Below are positions 35,050 to 45,125 of a DNA stretch of 64,000 nt, one piece after another; position 1 is the stretch's first letter, and each line of letters begins with the position of its first letter. Both the position numbers and the translations under genes were made by a program. The notes beneath the pieces are model-generated. The model worked only from the letters and a program-made list of their open reading frames with translations, was not told where the DNA came from and ran no database searches. Origin of the DNA: Coraliomargarita sp. (GTDB taxonomy: Bacteria > Verrucomicrobiota > Verrucomicrobiia > Opitutales > Coraliomargaritaceae). The stretch is from NCBI GenBank assembly GCA_965216325.1, contig OZ244160.1, positions 1,248,001 through 1,312,000 on the forward strand, read 5' to 3'.

Positions 35050-36093
35050 TCAAATTCCCTCGAGATAAACCATAACATCTGCTCGAACTTCATCCTGATA
35101 CTTGGAAAAACTTGCACATAAAGAGCGATACTTCGCATCCAACTCCAAACGACGATTCAGCTTAACCAATGCCTTTTGATCCTTCAACAGCCGACAAGCA
35201 AACCGCTTAATACGATAACGGACTCGAACAGGGAGCGACAACGGTCGATGCGAATGCTCGAAATAACAGTTCAAATCAGCTCCCTCCATCCAGTTCGGAC
35301 GCAAACGTTCCAACCACAACTGGAAATACAAAAAAGTGCCCTCTGGTCGCTTTCCAAGCCAAGGCTTAAAATAAGTTATGAAATGATAGTTTACACCATT
35401 CAACTCCAACTCATTCATACAAACACCTCGGGCATCTGAATTCCAAACTTCTGGAAGAAACTGCACGCGCCCCTTCAAAATATAATTTAGTGCGGTCTGA
35501 TCCCAACAACGACAAACACTAGGATCCCGCTCGATTAAATCCATCGTCAAGCGCCCAACATTCGCCTTACGCCAATAAGCCAGATCAATTAGCATGACAC
35601 CGGAATTGAAATAAGGTAATGCTCCCTCTGACTCATCATGAGGCCATGGACAATCATCGCGCAGCAATGGAACCACCTGATCTTGAACCACCATAGCACA
35701 CTTCCCAGGAGCAAACTCTCGCTGCCACAACCAAGCGAGATCAAGACCGATCAAGATATCAGAATCAATATATATCACACGCTTGAGATCGACTAACTGA
35801 GGCAGCAACAAACGAGCATAGGCCATCGGGCTCGCATGCAATTCCGACACCCGAAAACCATCAAACAGATTGAGATCAATAACGTGACGAATACAGACAA
35901 CATCAGCACATCGACGCTCCAACACATCGCATAGAAAAGCGTAATCCACATCCTCAAGACCACCATCCAATACGTGCACCACTGGCCGATAAGCCTCACT
36001 CAAATGCGCAAGTGCGCTATCTAAGGTCACCAACAACCCATAGAAATAATGCGTATCTGCACCTGAAACGATGTGAATTTCATCCTTTAACAT
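35050..36093 (-). CDS. Glycosyltransferase family 8
   Basis: YARLLLP, YIDSDI, YFNSGVMLID, DQTALN, HF...KPW. Confidence 0.92.
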   Translation of the reverse strand: MLKDEIHIVSGADTHYFYGLLVTLDSALAHLSEAYRPVVHVLDGGLEDVDYAFLCDVLERRCADVVCIRHVIDLNLFDGFRVSELHASPMAYARLLLPQLVDLKRVIYIDSDILIGLDLAWLWQREFAPGKCAMVVQDQVVPLLRDDCPWPHDESEGALPYFNSGVMLIDLAYWRKANVGRLTMDLIERDPSVCRCWDQTALNYILKGRVQFLPEVWNSDARGVCMNELELNGVNYHFITYFKPWLGKRPEGTFLYFQLWLERLRPNWMEGADLNCYFEHSHRPLSLPVRVRYRIKRFACRLLKDQKALVKLNRRLELDAKYRSLCASFSKYQDEVRADVMVYLEGI

Positions 36094-36203
36094 TTGCCGA
36101 AAGAGAACACATCCTTAGAAGGCAACCAAGACATTTAGGCTAAAAATAGACCAAAGCATACAAACTAACACGGGTGCACACATGTACAAAAGAACGCTAC
36201 AAA

Positions 36204-37121
36204 ATGAAAATCAGCGTCTTAATAAACAACTACAATTACGGAAACTACCTAGATGAATGCCTGAGCTCAGTCTTCGCACAGACGCTCCAAGCCCATGAGA
36301 TAATTGTAGTTGATGACGGTTCCACCGATGATTCCGTCGAAAAACTCAAACCTTATTGCGCACACATCAAACTGATTCAGCAATCTAACCAAGGGCAGGC
36401 AGCAGCAATGGCGACCGCTACACTTGCGGCAACTGGCGACCTCTTTTGCTACCTAGACTCTGACGATAAATGGCGCCCCGCACACCTTAAAAGAATCTAC
36501 ACAGCCTTCCAAAGACCTGAAGCACCAGACATGGTCTATACCAACCTTGAATCGTTTGACCAAGCTTCTGGATTACACGGAACCTCCGACGTCATACTCA
36601 CCCAAGATACGTTCATACCTACAAGTCAACAATTGGCATTCTGTAGAATATTTGTCGGAGCCCCCACGTCAGCAATTGCCATTAAAGCAAGCTACGCACG
36701 CAGTCTATTTGCACCGAAGCACATCCACCAACTCATTGCTACTTGCGGTAAAGTAAATGGGGACGAAATCCTAATTTACGGCTCCTCTCTTATCGGCTGC
36801 GCGAAATTAGCACTGGCTGAGCCAACTGCTAGCTATCGAATTCACGGACAAAACAACTATTTCGGCATCCGTCAAAGTTTGCAAGACAAGCAACGGAAAG
36901 AACGCATCATACGGCTAATCGCCGAGCAACACTCTGTCCGTCGCTGCATGCGTAGCCTACAAGCTGAGCTAATTAAAAACTCCCCCCACCTACCACACAC
37001 ACACACCTACAAACGAGGCTACCTAAAAGCACCGCGACGACTAGGCCTAACAGGCATCAGAAAATACTACTGGAAATTTCGCCTGAAGCAGACCTACACA
37101 AAATACGCATCTCACACCTGA
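36204..37121 (+). CDS. Glycosyltransferase family 2
   Basis: SVLINNYNYG, IVVDDGSTD, NQGQ, YLDSDD, YRIH. Confidence 0.92.
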   Translation: MKISVLINNYNYGNYLDECLSSVFAQTLQAHEIIVVDDGSTDDSVEKLKPYCAHIKLIQQSNQGQAAAMATATLAATGDLFCYLDSDDKWRPAHLKRIYTAFQRPEAPDMVYTNLESFDQASGLHGTSDVILTQDTFIPTSQQLAFCRIFVGAPTSAIAIKASYARSLFAPKHIHQLIATCGKVNGDEILIYGSSLIGCAKLALAEPTASYRIHGQNNYFGIRQSLQDKQRKERIIRLIAEQHSVRRCMRSLQAELIKNSPHLPHTHTYKRGYLKAPRRLGLTGIRKYYWKFRLKQTYTKYASHT

Positions 37122-37124
37122 TCC

Positions 37125-37709
37125 ATGGATAACGTCTGGCTCAACTCGGCCCTCTTAAACACACGGCCCTCGACCGCCATCTTCGCCGACCGCGATGGCA
37201 CCCTCATCCGTCATGTCGACTACATCAGCGACCCCGAGCAAGTCGAACTACTGCCCGGTGTCAAAGACAGCGTCCACCGACTCCTCGACCGCGACACACC
37301 CTTCTTCATCCTAACCAATCAGTCCGGCGTCGGGCGAGGCTACTTCCCCATCGAACAGGTCCATGCCTGCCAAAAACGCCTCTTTGAACTACTGGAACTC
37401 CAACCCACCGATATTGCAGGCTGGTGTATCGCGCCGGAAGCCCCCAGCGAGACAGGCGGCTACCGCAAACCCTCACCTCGCTTCATAGACGAAGCCTGCC
37501 AACACCTAAACGTCTCCCCAAAGCAGTGCCACATGATCGGTGACACTCTGGTCGACCTTGAAACTGCATGGGCCAGCGGCGCCCATGCGTGGGCCGTAGA
37601 ATGCGGCAAGCCCCAACTGCCCCAAGCACACCAGCAGCACCAACTCACCGGCGGCCCCTACAGCATACGCAAAGACTTCGCGGGCTGTATCAGCGAAATT
37701 ATAGGCTAG
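37125..37709 (+). CDS. gmhB: D-glycero-D-manno-heptose 1,7-bisphosphate phosphatase (HAD-IIIA)
   Basis: DRDGTL, TNQSGVGRG, RKPSP, MIGD; located in the heptose cluster. Confidence 0.88.
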   Translation: MDNVWLNSALLNTRPSTAIFADRDGTLIRHVDYISDPEQVELLPGVKDSVHRLLDRDTPFFILTNQSGVGRGYFPIEQVHACQKRLFELLELQPTDIAGWCIAPEAPSETGGYRKPSPRFIDEACQHLNVSPKQCHMIGDTLVDLETAWASGAHAWAVECGKPQLPQAHQQHQLTGGPYSIRKDFAGCISEIIG

Positions 37710-37774
37710 TCTCTGCTCAAGAATCACTGATACTGGAACTTTTCACAGTTTTCAGCATCTTTCCCGTTCGAATT

Positions 37775-38773
37775 ATGAGCACAGGTAAATACACTCTCGT
37801 CACCGGCGGCGCCGGCTTTATCGGCAGCGCGCTGGTGCACGCACTCAACCAAGAGGGCATGACCGACATCGTCATCTCCGACATCCTCGGCACCGACGAG
37901 AAATTCAAAAACCTCGTGCCGCTGCGCTATGCGGACTACCTCGAAGCCGACGACCTGATCGACCTGCTGGAAGAAGAGCCGGACTATCTCGACCAATTCG
38001 ACACCATTTTCCACCTCGGAGCCTGCTCGGCGACGACCGAAAAAGACGCCAGCTACCTGATTCGCAACAATTACGAATACACCAAGGTGCTCGCCAACCT
38101 GTCCATCGAACGAGGTATTCGCTTCGTTTACGCCTCCAGCGCCGCGACTTACGGCGACGGCAGCCAAGGTATGGACGACCGCCTCGAAGACCTCCACACC
38201 CTCAATCCGCTCAACATGTATGGCTACTCGAAGCACATGTTCGACCTGTATGCACAGCGCATGGGCTGGCTCGACGAAATCGTTGGCCTGAAATACTACA
38301 ATGTCTTCGGCCCCAATGAGGCTCACAAGGGCGACATGCGCAGCCTCGTCGCCAAGTCTTACGAACAAATTCAGTCCACCGGCGAAATTGGTCTCTTCAA
38401 GAGCTACCACCCGGACTACACCGACGGCAACCAGATGCGCGACTTCCTCTACGTCAAAGATGCCGTCGCCATGACACTGCACCTGGCACGCACACCGGAT
38501 GCCAACGGCCTCTTCAACCTCGGCAGTGGCCAGGCCAACACTTGGAACACCCTCGCCGAAGCGATCTTTGCCGCGCTCGAGTTGGAGCCCAACATCCGCT
38601 ACATCGACATGCCCGATCAACTAAAGGGCAAATACCAATATTACACCTGCGCCGACACTGGAAAATTACGCGAAACCGGATACACCAACGAAGGCTATAC
38701 CCTTCAGGATTCCGTGAAAGACTACGTGCAAAACTACCTCGTCACCGGCAAGCACCTAGGGCAGGAAGGCTAA
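37775..38773 (+). CDS. hldD: ADP-L-glycero-D-manno-heptose 6-epimerase
   Basis: VTGGAGFIGS, HLGACSATTE, YASSAATYG, PLNMYGYSK, HKGDM, RDFLYVKD, GKYQ. Confidence 0.95.
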   Translation: MSTGKYTLVTGGAGFIGSALVHALNQEGMTDIVISDILGTDEKFKNLVPLRYADYLEADDLIDLLEEEPDYLDQFDTIFHLGACSATTEKDASYLIRNNYEYTKVLANLSIERGIRFVYASSAATYGDGSQGMDDRLEDLHTLNPLNMYGYSKHMFDLYAQRMGWLDEIVGLKYYNVFGPNEAHKGDMRSLVAKSYEQIQSTGEIGLFKSYHPDYTDGNQMRDFLYVKDAVAMTLHLARTPDANGLFNLGSGQANTWNTLAEAIFAALELEPNIRYIDMPDQLKGKYQYYTCADTGKLRETGYTNEGYTLQDSVKDYVQNYLVTGKHLGQEG

Positions 38774-38776
38774 AGA

Positions 38777-38876
38777 AAGGCTGACAGCTGAGACTTGAAA
38801 CCTGAAAGACTTCTCTAAGCCAAGCTTTCAAACTCAGCACTCACTTAAGTCTAATACCTCAAGTTTCATCCTTCAA
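38777..38876. repeat. Degenerate heptamer (CTGAAA/TTTCAG-type) intergenic repeats
   Basis: ctgagacttgaaacctgaaa ... ctcaagtttca; same style at 39392-39415, 41063-41165 and 41310-41480. Confidence 0.6.
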
Positions 38877-39374
38877 ATGAATCTTCCAAATCCAAAACTG
38901 CTTTCAATCGACGACGCAATTGTTGCTCGCGACGCCTTGCGTAGAGCCGGTAAAACCATGGTCATGACCAATGGTTGCTTCGACCTACTGCATGTTGGGC
39001 ACATTTCCTACCTACAGAAAGCCAAGACACTCGGCGACGAGTTATGGGTGCTCATTAACAGCGATGACAGCGTGCGCGCCCTAAAAGGCCCCACTCGCCC
39101 AATCGAAAGCGAAGCCGAACGCGCCTACTGCCTCGCAGCTCTCAGCTGTATCGACCGCATCGTCATCTTCAACTCCCCTCGCATCGTCGAAGAAATCCAG
39201 CTGCTCAAGCCGGACATCTACACCAAAGCGGGCGACTATACGATTGAAACCCTGCACCAGGGCGAACGCCAAGCCTTCGAAAGCGTCGGCAGCCAGATCA
39301 AATTCCTGCCTTTCCTTGAGGGCTTCAGCACCACTAAGATGATCGAGAAAATCAACCGTGCAGGAGGCCTCTAG
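38877..39374 (+). CDS. rfaE2: D-glycero-beta-D-manno-heptose 1-phosphate adenylyltransferase (HldE domain II)
   Basis: TNGCFDLLHVGH, NSDDSVRALKGPTRP, KAGDY, GFSTT. Confidence 0.93.
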   Translation: MNLPNPKLLSIDDAIVARDALRRAGKTMVMTNGCFDLLHVGHISYLQKAKTLGDELWVLINSDDSVRALKGPTRPIESEAERAYCLAALSCIDRIVIFNSPRIVEEIQLLKPDIYTKAGDYTIETLHQGERQAFESVGSQIKFLPFLEGFSTTKMIEKINRAGGL

Positions 39375-39422
39375 GCTTCACCGCCACTCACGCCTCAAGT
39401 TTCAGGTCTCAGCATTCACACA

Positions 39423-39986
39423 ATGTCCCTCACACAAACAGATTACACCGAGCTGCAAAATACGCTCAATGCCTTTGCCGCCGAACTCGCCACCGTGGAA
39501 GCCATCGGCAAACTCATCGTCGAACGCCTCCGCGCAGGCAGCACCGTCTTCGCCTGTGGCAACGGCGGCAGCGCAACTGACTCGATGCACCTGTGTGAAG
39601 AGCTCGTAGGGCGCTACCGAGGCGACCGTCGCCCACTCCCTGCAGTCTCACTGAACACGGATACCTCCGTCCTCACCTGCATCGCAAACGACTACGGCTA
39701 CGACGTCATTTTCTCACGCCAAATCGAAACCTTGGGCAAAGCAGGCGACATCCTCGTAGGCTTCTCCACCAGCGGCAACTCTGAGAACATCTACCAAGCC
39801 TTCGAGGCAGCCAAGGCCAAGGGCGTGACCACCATCCTCCTCGGCGGCAAAGACGGCGGAAAGATCAAAGCAATCGCGGACCACTCGATCATCGTGCCGA
39901 GTAATAACACCGCACGTATCCAAGAACTGCATACATTCATCCTGCACAACTGGCTCGAACACGTCGAAGTCGAAGACTGGTCATGA
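39423..39986 (+). CDS. gmhA: Phosphoheptose isomerase
   Basis: CGNGGSA, ANDYGY..FSRQ, STSGNS, TARIQELH. Confidence 0.95.
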   Translation: MSLTQTDYTELQNTLNAFAAELATVEAIGKLIVERLRAGSTVFACGNGGSATDSMHLCEELVGRYRGDRRPLPAVSLNTDTSVLTCIANDYGYDVIFSRQIETLGKAGDILVGFSTSGNSENIYQAFEAAKAKGVTTILLGGKDGGKIKAIADHSIIVPSNNTARIQELHTFILHNWLEHVEVEDWS

Positions 39987-40009
39987 TACAGCTAAAATTC
40001 CAAGTTCAG

Positions 40010-40073
40010 GTAGGGTTCGTTATCCCTAACGAGCCGCCACAGATTTCGGCACGATAAGGATATCGCGCCCTAC
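40010..40073. repeat. GTAG-type REP doublet
   Basis: 29 nt (40047-40075) identical to 60598-60626. Confidence 0.75.
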
Positions 40074-40085
40074 CGTTACAGCACC

Positions 40086-41063
40086 ATGCCTTTGGACATC
40101 CCAGCAACCTTAGCAAAGTTCTCGAAACTCAACATTGTCGTGATCGGCGACATCATGCTCGACCACTACATCATGGGCGATGCCACTCGCATATCCCCGG
40201 AAGCCCCAGTCCCAGTCGTCTCTGTTGCGACCGATAAATACGTGCCGGGCGGAGCGGCCAATGTCGCCAACAACCTTGCGGGCATCGGCGTGCCAACCAC
40301 CCTACTCGGCAGCTACTGCAAGGATCACGAAAGCGCTCGCCTACGCGAAATGCTCGGTGCGAAACAAATCGACCTCTCCACCCTTGGCGAAAAAGACGGC
40401 ATCGCCACGATTTTGAAAACCCGTGTCGTCGTTCAGCGCCAACAACTCTGTCGTATCGACCGCGAGGATAAACCCGCGACCTATGCACTCGATCACCTAT
40501 TCGACCAACCTGACTTTCTGCGCCTGATCGAAGAGGCCAACGCCATTCTGTTTTCCGATTACGCTAAAGGCGTCGTCAACGACCAGCTTCTCAGCACGGT
40601 GCGCACCCATCTCGCGGAGCAGGGCAAACAACCGCTACTCGTCGTCGACCCCAAGCCGAAGCGCCACCTGGACCTCTCCGGCATGGGCCTCATGACCCCG
40701 AACCGTATGGAAGCGCTGCAAATGGCTGGCTTCGACCACAGCTCCGACGCCGAGTTCGACGACGAGGCAGTCTGCAAAGCGATCTTCGACGCGCACAATC
40801 CCGAGAAACTCATCATCACCCTTGGAGCCGACGGCATGCTTCTCGGCGAGAAAGGCAAAATCATCGGCCGCATCGCCACCGAAGCCCGCGAGGTCTTCGA
40901 CGTCTCCGGCGCTGGCGACACTGTAATCTCCGTGCTCACCGCAGCACTCGCAGCAGGCGAGTCACTCGAAGACGCCGCCAAACTCGCCAATAAGGCAGCC
41001 GGTATCGTCGTCGGCCACCTCGGCACTGCACCGATTAGCTCTGAAGAGCTAATGGAGGGATGA
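40086..41063 (+). CDS. rfaE1: D-glycero-beta-D-manno-heptose-7-phosphate kinase (HldE domain I)
   Basis: GDIMLD, RISPEAPVPV, GGAANVA, SDYAKG, TPN, DVSGAGDTV. Confidence 0.94.
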   Translation: MPLDIPATLAKFSKLNIVVIGDIMLDHYIMGDATRISPEAPVPVVSVATDKYVPGGAANVANNLAGIGVPTTLLGSYCKDHESARLREMLGAKQIDLSTLGEKDGIATILKTRVVVQRQQLCRIDREDKPATYALDHLFDQPDFLRLIEEANAILFSDYAKGVVNDQLLSTVRTHLAEQGKQPLLVVDPKPKRHLDLSGMGLMTPNRMEALQMAGFDHSSDAEFDDEAVCKAIFDAHNPEKLIITLGADGMLLGEKGKIIGRIATEAREVFDVSGAGDTVISVLTAALAAGESLEDAAKLANKAAGIVVGHLGTAPISSEELMEG

Positions 41064-41171
41064 AAGCTGAGACGTGAAACCTGAAATTTCTATAGTCACA
41101 CAAAACTTTCAATCTTTAGCCCTCCACCATCAATCACTCAAGCTTCAGGCTTCTAACTCACCCCTCCTTTA

Positions 41172-41327
41172 ATGAACCATCAGGATTTAAGAGCACGAAC
41201 AAAGCGATTCGCGGGCATGATCGTCAGATTCTATGTAGGTTTGGACAAGCGGGCGAGCGAACTTTCTATCTTTGTCACAATGGCCAAGAACACTAAGCAG
41301 AAAAGAAGGCTGAAACCTGAGACTTGA
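41172..41327 (+). pseudogene. Four-helix-bundle protein remnant with internal deletion (not in ORF track)
   Basis: Translates [51 protein letters not shown]: both terminal helices present, central core absent. Confidence 0.65.
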
Positions 41328-41480
41328 AGCTTGAAAATTATTTTTCTCAGAAAAATTTCAGCCTTCAAAATATTCAAGTTTCAGGTTTCGAGCTCAGCAT
41401 TTCTTCAACTTTTCACTCAAGTCTCAAACTCAGGCTTCATTCCTCACAAAAACTCAGGTTTCAAGTTTCAAACTCAGCCC
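41310..41480. repeat. Heptamer repeat tract, forward then inverted units
   Basis: ctgaaacctgagacttgaagcttgaaa ... tcaagtttcaggtttc ... ctcaggtttcaagtttcaaactcag. Confidence 0.65.
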
Positions 41481-41485
41481 TCCCA

Positions 41486-42637
41486 ATGATTTCCGTTCCT
41501 CTTCTCGATCTAAAGCCACAATACCAAGCGCTCAAAAGCGAACTCGACGCCGTTGTTGCCGAGGTTATCGAATCGCAGTATTTCATCCTCGGCCCAACCG
41601 TGGAAAACTTCGAGCAAGCCTGTGCCAGCTACTGCAACACAGACCACGCAATCGGCGTCTCCTCCGGCACTGACGCGCTGATTGTTGCCATGATGGCCAT
41701 GGGCATTGGTGAAGGCGACGAAGTGATCACCACGCCTTACACCTTCTTTGGCACCGTCGGCTCTATCGTCCGCCTCGGCGCCAAGCCTGTATTCGTCGAC
41801 ATCGAGCCAGACACTTTCAACATCGACGTCAGCAAAATCGAAGCGGCAATCACTCCAAAGACACGTGCCATCGCCCCGGTGCACCTGTTCGGGCAAATGG
41901 CAGACATGCCAGCCATCAAACGCCTCGCCCGCGAGCACGACCTGCTCATCATTGAGGATGCCGCTCAAGCCATTGGCGCCAAGCAAAACGGCCGCCTCGC
42001 CTGCTCTCAGGGCCACATGGGCTGTCTCTCCTTTTTCCCGACCAAGAACCTCGGCGGCTTCGGCGATGGAGGCATGGTGGTCACCAACGACAGCGATTAT
42101 GGGCAAATCTGCAAACAGCTCCGCAACCACGGCATGGAGCCCAAGTATTTCCACCCGCGCGTCGGCGGCAACTTCCGCCTCGATGCCCTGCAAGCCGCGG
42201 TGCTCAACGTCAAACTGAAGCACCTCGACAGCTGGCACGAGCAGCGCCGTGCAAACGCCGCGCTCTACCACAAGCTCTTCAACCAAGCAGGCATCACCCG
42301 CGACCTCGCCGCACTCGAAGCGGGCGAACTCAACAAGGGCGTGTTGCTGCCAGTCGAAAAGGAAGGCAACTATCACATCTACAATCAGTTCGTGATCTAC
42401 GCCGATCAACGCGACGAGCTGATCGCACACATGCGCGCCAACAACGTCGGCTGCGAAATCTACTACCCACTCGCGCTGCACGAGCAAGAGTGCTTCCGCC
42501 TACTCGGCTACCCGAAGGGCGCCTTCCCCAATTCGGAACGTGCCGCCGCCATGAGTGTCGCACTGCCGATCTTCCCGGATCTTTCCGCTGAGCAGATTGC
42601 TCGCGTCGTCGAAGTCATCGCCGACTTCTACGCATAA
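41486..42637 (+). CDS. DegT/DnrJ/EryC1/StrS family sugar aminotransferase
   Basis: [46 protein letters not shown]. Confidence 0.93.
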   Translation: MISVPLLDLKPQYQALKSELDAVVAEVIESQYFILGPTVENFEQACASYCNTDHAIGVSSGTDALIVAMMAMGIGEGDEVITTPYTFFGTVGSIVRLGAKPVFVDIEPDTFNIDVSKIEAAITPKTRAIAPVHLFGQMADMPAIKRLAREHDLLIIEDAAQAIGAKQNGRLACSQGHMGCLSFFPTKNLGGFGDGGMVVTNDSDYGQICKQLRNHGMEPKYFHPRVGGNFRLDALQAAVLNVKLKHLDSWHEQRRANAALYHKLFNQAGITRDLAALEAGELNKGVLLPVEKEGNYHIYNQFVIYADQRDELIAHMRANNVGCEIYYPLALHEQECFRLLGYPKGAFPNSERAAAMSVALPIFPDLSAEQIARVVEVIADFYA

Positions 42638-42652
42638 TCCACTTCAACTGTA

Positions 42653-44404
42653 ATGTTTCTCAAGCGCTTCGGCCCCTACTTTAAATACATCAAGCCCGTC
42701 AAACTTCAGTTTGGCTTGGGCCTATTGGCAGGCATGCTCTACGCCGCATCGTCCGGCTTTGGCCTGCCGTTTGTGACCAAATACTTAATTCCTCTCGTCA
42801 CCAGGCCCGGAGACCACGAGGCATCCACAGTCATCCTGTACCTGGCTCTCGTGCCGATCATGTTCTTGCTGCGAGCACTCGGGAGCTTCGCGAATTCATA
42901 CCTGATCGCATATGCTGGCATGCACGTGCTGGAGCAAATCAGGCGCATGGTCTTCGATCACATCCAACGCCTACCACTGGCGTTCTTCCACAACAACAAA
43001 GTCGGCGACCTGATGAGCCGTGTGCTCGGTGACACCGCGCAGCTACAATCTGCTCTCGTTAAAGTGGTCGATAGCCTCATCAAAGAGCCTGCAACACTTA
43101 TTGCCGCAGCGTGCTATCTAGTCTACCTCTCTTACGTCGCAGAGGACATCAGCTTTATTCTCATCGCTCTCGCATCAATTCCCGCCTGTGTGCTGCCCAT
43201 TCGTGCGATCGGCTCAATCATCCTGAAAAAGGCAAAGAAAGCACAGGCCCAAGCTGGCGAACTCAACCACGTCTTAAATGAGAACCTCTCGGCCACACGT
43301 GAAGTTCGCGCCTACAACCTCGAAGCACGAGAAAGTGCACGCTTTGGAGGTGCCTGTTCGATCTTCCTCCAACGCGCCCTAAAAGTCGTCAAATACGACA
43401 AATCACTCACCCCAATTATCGAGGTCGTCACATCACTCGCACTCGTCGGCGCACTATATGTCGCGATCCAACGCGAAATCGACGAGGCTGCACTCGGCTC
43501 GATTATTGTCGCACTCTATATGTGCTATCAGCCGGTCAAGAAACTGGGCGGTGTCTCCAACACCATCCGCAAAGCCGAGGCTTCACTGGACCGCCTAGAA
43601 TACGTGCTCCAAACCGAAGACACCGTGCCGGAATCATCCGATCCTCTGCCAGCACGCAGCCTACGCGGCAACGTCAGCTTCGACAATGTCACTTTCAGCT
43701 ATGACGACGAGGCAGCACTGAAAGCAGTGAGTGTTGATATTACTGCTGGCGAAACTATCGCCCTGGTCGGGCCAAGCGGCGCCGGTAAATCGACCTTCGC
43801 GAATCTGGTTCCTCGTTTCTACGATGCAAGCGAGGGCACGGTATCCGTCGACGGCACCAACGTTCGCGACATGGCCAAAGCCGATCTGCGCAGCCAAATC
43901 GCATTGGTCTCACAGGAAGCGATTCTCTTCAGCGATAGCATCGCCAACAACATTCGTATCGGCAAGGCAGATGCCACACAGGAAGAGATTGAGGCTGCGG
44001 CAAAAATGGCACACGCGCATGACTTCATTCTCGAGCAGGACGAGGGCTACGAAACTGAAGTGGGCGAGCGCGGCTCGAAGCTTTCCGGCGGCCAACGCCA
44101 ACGTATTTCCATTGCCCGCGCCTTCCTCAAGAATGCACCGATCATCGTGCTCGACGAGCCGACCTCCGCACTCGATGCCGAGAGCGAGCACCAAATTCAG
44201 GAAGCACTCGAAGAGCTCTCCAAAGGCCGCACGGTCCTTATTATCGCACACCGCTTTAGCACCATCCAGCATGCCGACCGCATCTTCGTATTCGACGATG
44301 GCGAGATCGTTGCAACTGGTAAGCATACCGACCTCTACGAATCCAACGAACTCTATCGCAGCCTCTACGACAAGCAGTCCAAAACCGCACTGGAACAAAA
44401 CTAG
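42653..44404 (+). CDS. msbA: MsbA-like ABC exporter (lipid A-core flippase candidate)
   Basis: TM domain plus [29 protein letters not shown]; located in the LPS cluster. Confidence 0.8.
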   Translation: MFLKRFGPYFKYIKPVKLQFGLGLLAGMLYAASSGFGLPFVTKYLIPLVTRPGDHEASTVILYLALVPIMFLLRALGSFANSYLIAYAGMHVLEQIRRMVFDHIQRLPLAFFHNNKVGDLMSRVLGDTAQLQSALVKVVDSLIKEPATLIAAACYLVYLSYVAEDISFILIALASIPACVLPIRAIGSIILKKAKKAQAQAGELNHVLNENLSATREVRAYNLEARESARFGGACSIFLQRALKVVKYDKSLTPIIEVVTSLALVGALYVAIQREIDEAALGSIIVALYMCYQPVKKLGGVSNTIRKAEASLDRLEYVLQTEDTVPESSDPLPARSLRGNVSFDNVTFSYDDEAALKAVSVDITAGETIALVGPSGAGKSTFANLVPRFYDASEGTVSVDGTNVRDMAKADLRSQIALVSQEAILFSDSIANNIRIGKADATQEEIEAAAKMAHAHDFILEQDEGYETEVGERGSKLSGGQRQRISIARAFLKNAPIIVLDEPTSALDAESEHQIQEALEELSKGRTVLIIAHRFSTIQHADRIFVFDDGEIVATGKHTDLYESNELYRSLYDKQSKTALEQN

Positions 44405-44406
44405 AT

Positions 44407-44472
44407 GTAGCACAGGCATCTTGCCGGTGTCCTCCGAATCATTATTCAAAACAGGCGAGACGCCTGTTCTAC
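44407..44472. repeat. GTAG-type REP doublet
   Basis: GTAGCACAGGCATC...ACAGGCGAGACGCCTGTTCTAC. Confidence 0.65.
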
Positions 44473-44485
44473 ATAATCAACACAC

Positions 44486-44614
44486 ATGAAACTCAAACAC
44501 CGCATCCTCATTCTACTGTCCGCGATTGTGCTGCTTGGTGCACTGACAGCCTGTAGCTCAACGAGAACTGAAAACGGCGCCACAATCGAGAAACGAGGCT
44601 ACTTCGGCCGATAG
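44486..44614 (+). CDS. Small lipoprotein, 42 aa (not in ORF track)
   Basis: MKLKHRILILLSAIVLLGALTACSSTRTENGATIEKRGYFGR*: basic N-terminus, hydrophobic core, lipobox LTAC. Confidence 0.7.
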   Translation: MKLKHRILILLSAIVLLGALTACSSTRTENGATIEKRGYFGR

Positions 44615-44809
44615 GCTGTCCTAGCGACACAAGTGCTCATCGAAACGGCAAGCAAACTGCCGGGATGGCTGCCCTCAGCCGTCCGGAATGGCACTACCTT
44701 AAGGATCATTACGGGCTGGATGTTCTATTGCGGTATAGACTGTTTAAAGCTCAGGGGGAGGTGGTTTGTTGCTGTGTTATACCATACTGTAACTTTCCCC
44801 GTTAGAAAG

Positions 44810-45115
44810 GTAGGGAGGTCTGCCCCGACTCGACCTGAGCTCGTCGCAGGTCAGACCTCCGGCGGCACTCGCTCCGACTTTCGGAGGCATGAGGGCATGC
44901 CTCCCTACCCAACAATAGCATTCGTTCTACCAGAAATAGTTGAAGACTGGTATTATAGACCTTTCTTCGGCCATACCCCTCCGTCTGCTTTCGCAGACAC
45001 CTCCCCTTGGCGGGGAGGAGCTATTTGTCTCTGAGAATTCTTAAATTTGCCTTAAGGTAGTGCCATTCAGGACGCACCTGCGCGATACCGGACGCATGAG
45101 GGCATGCGTCCCTAC
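44810..45115. repeat. Cluster of palindromic repeats (GTAG-REP doublets 44810-44908 and 45057-45115; CCCCTCC-type 44973-45022)
   Basis: Shared GCATGAGGGCATGC..CCCTAC arms. Confidence 0.7.
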
Positions 45116-45125
45116 CCCTTGTCAT

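Noticed and set aside
41310..41480. CRISPR-like array, or N-terminal extension of the aminotransferase ORF from 41324
   Set aside because: The units are degenerate heptamers without unique spacers. The protein family begins at ATG 41486.
37724..42487. Long antisense ORFs (37724..38620, 41510..42487 and similar elsewhere)
   Set aside because: These are shadow frames opposite well-supported genes with biased codon usage.
44633..45034. 133-aa ORF
   Set aside because: It runs through several palindromic repeats and has no recognisable motif; probably spurious.
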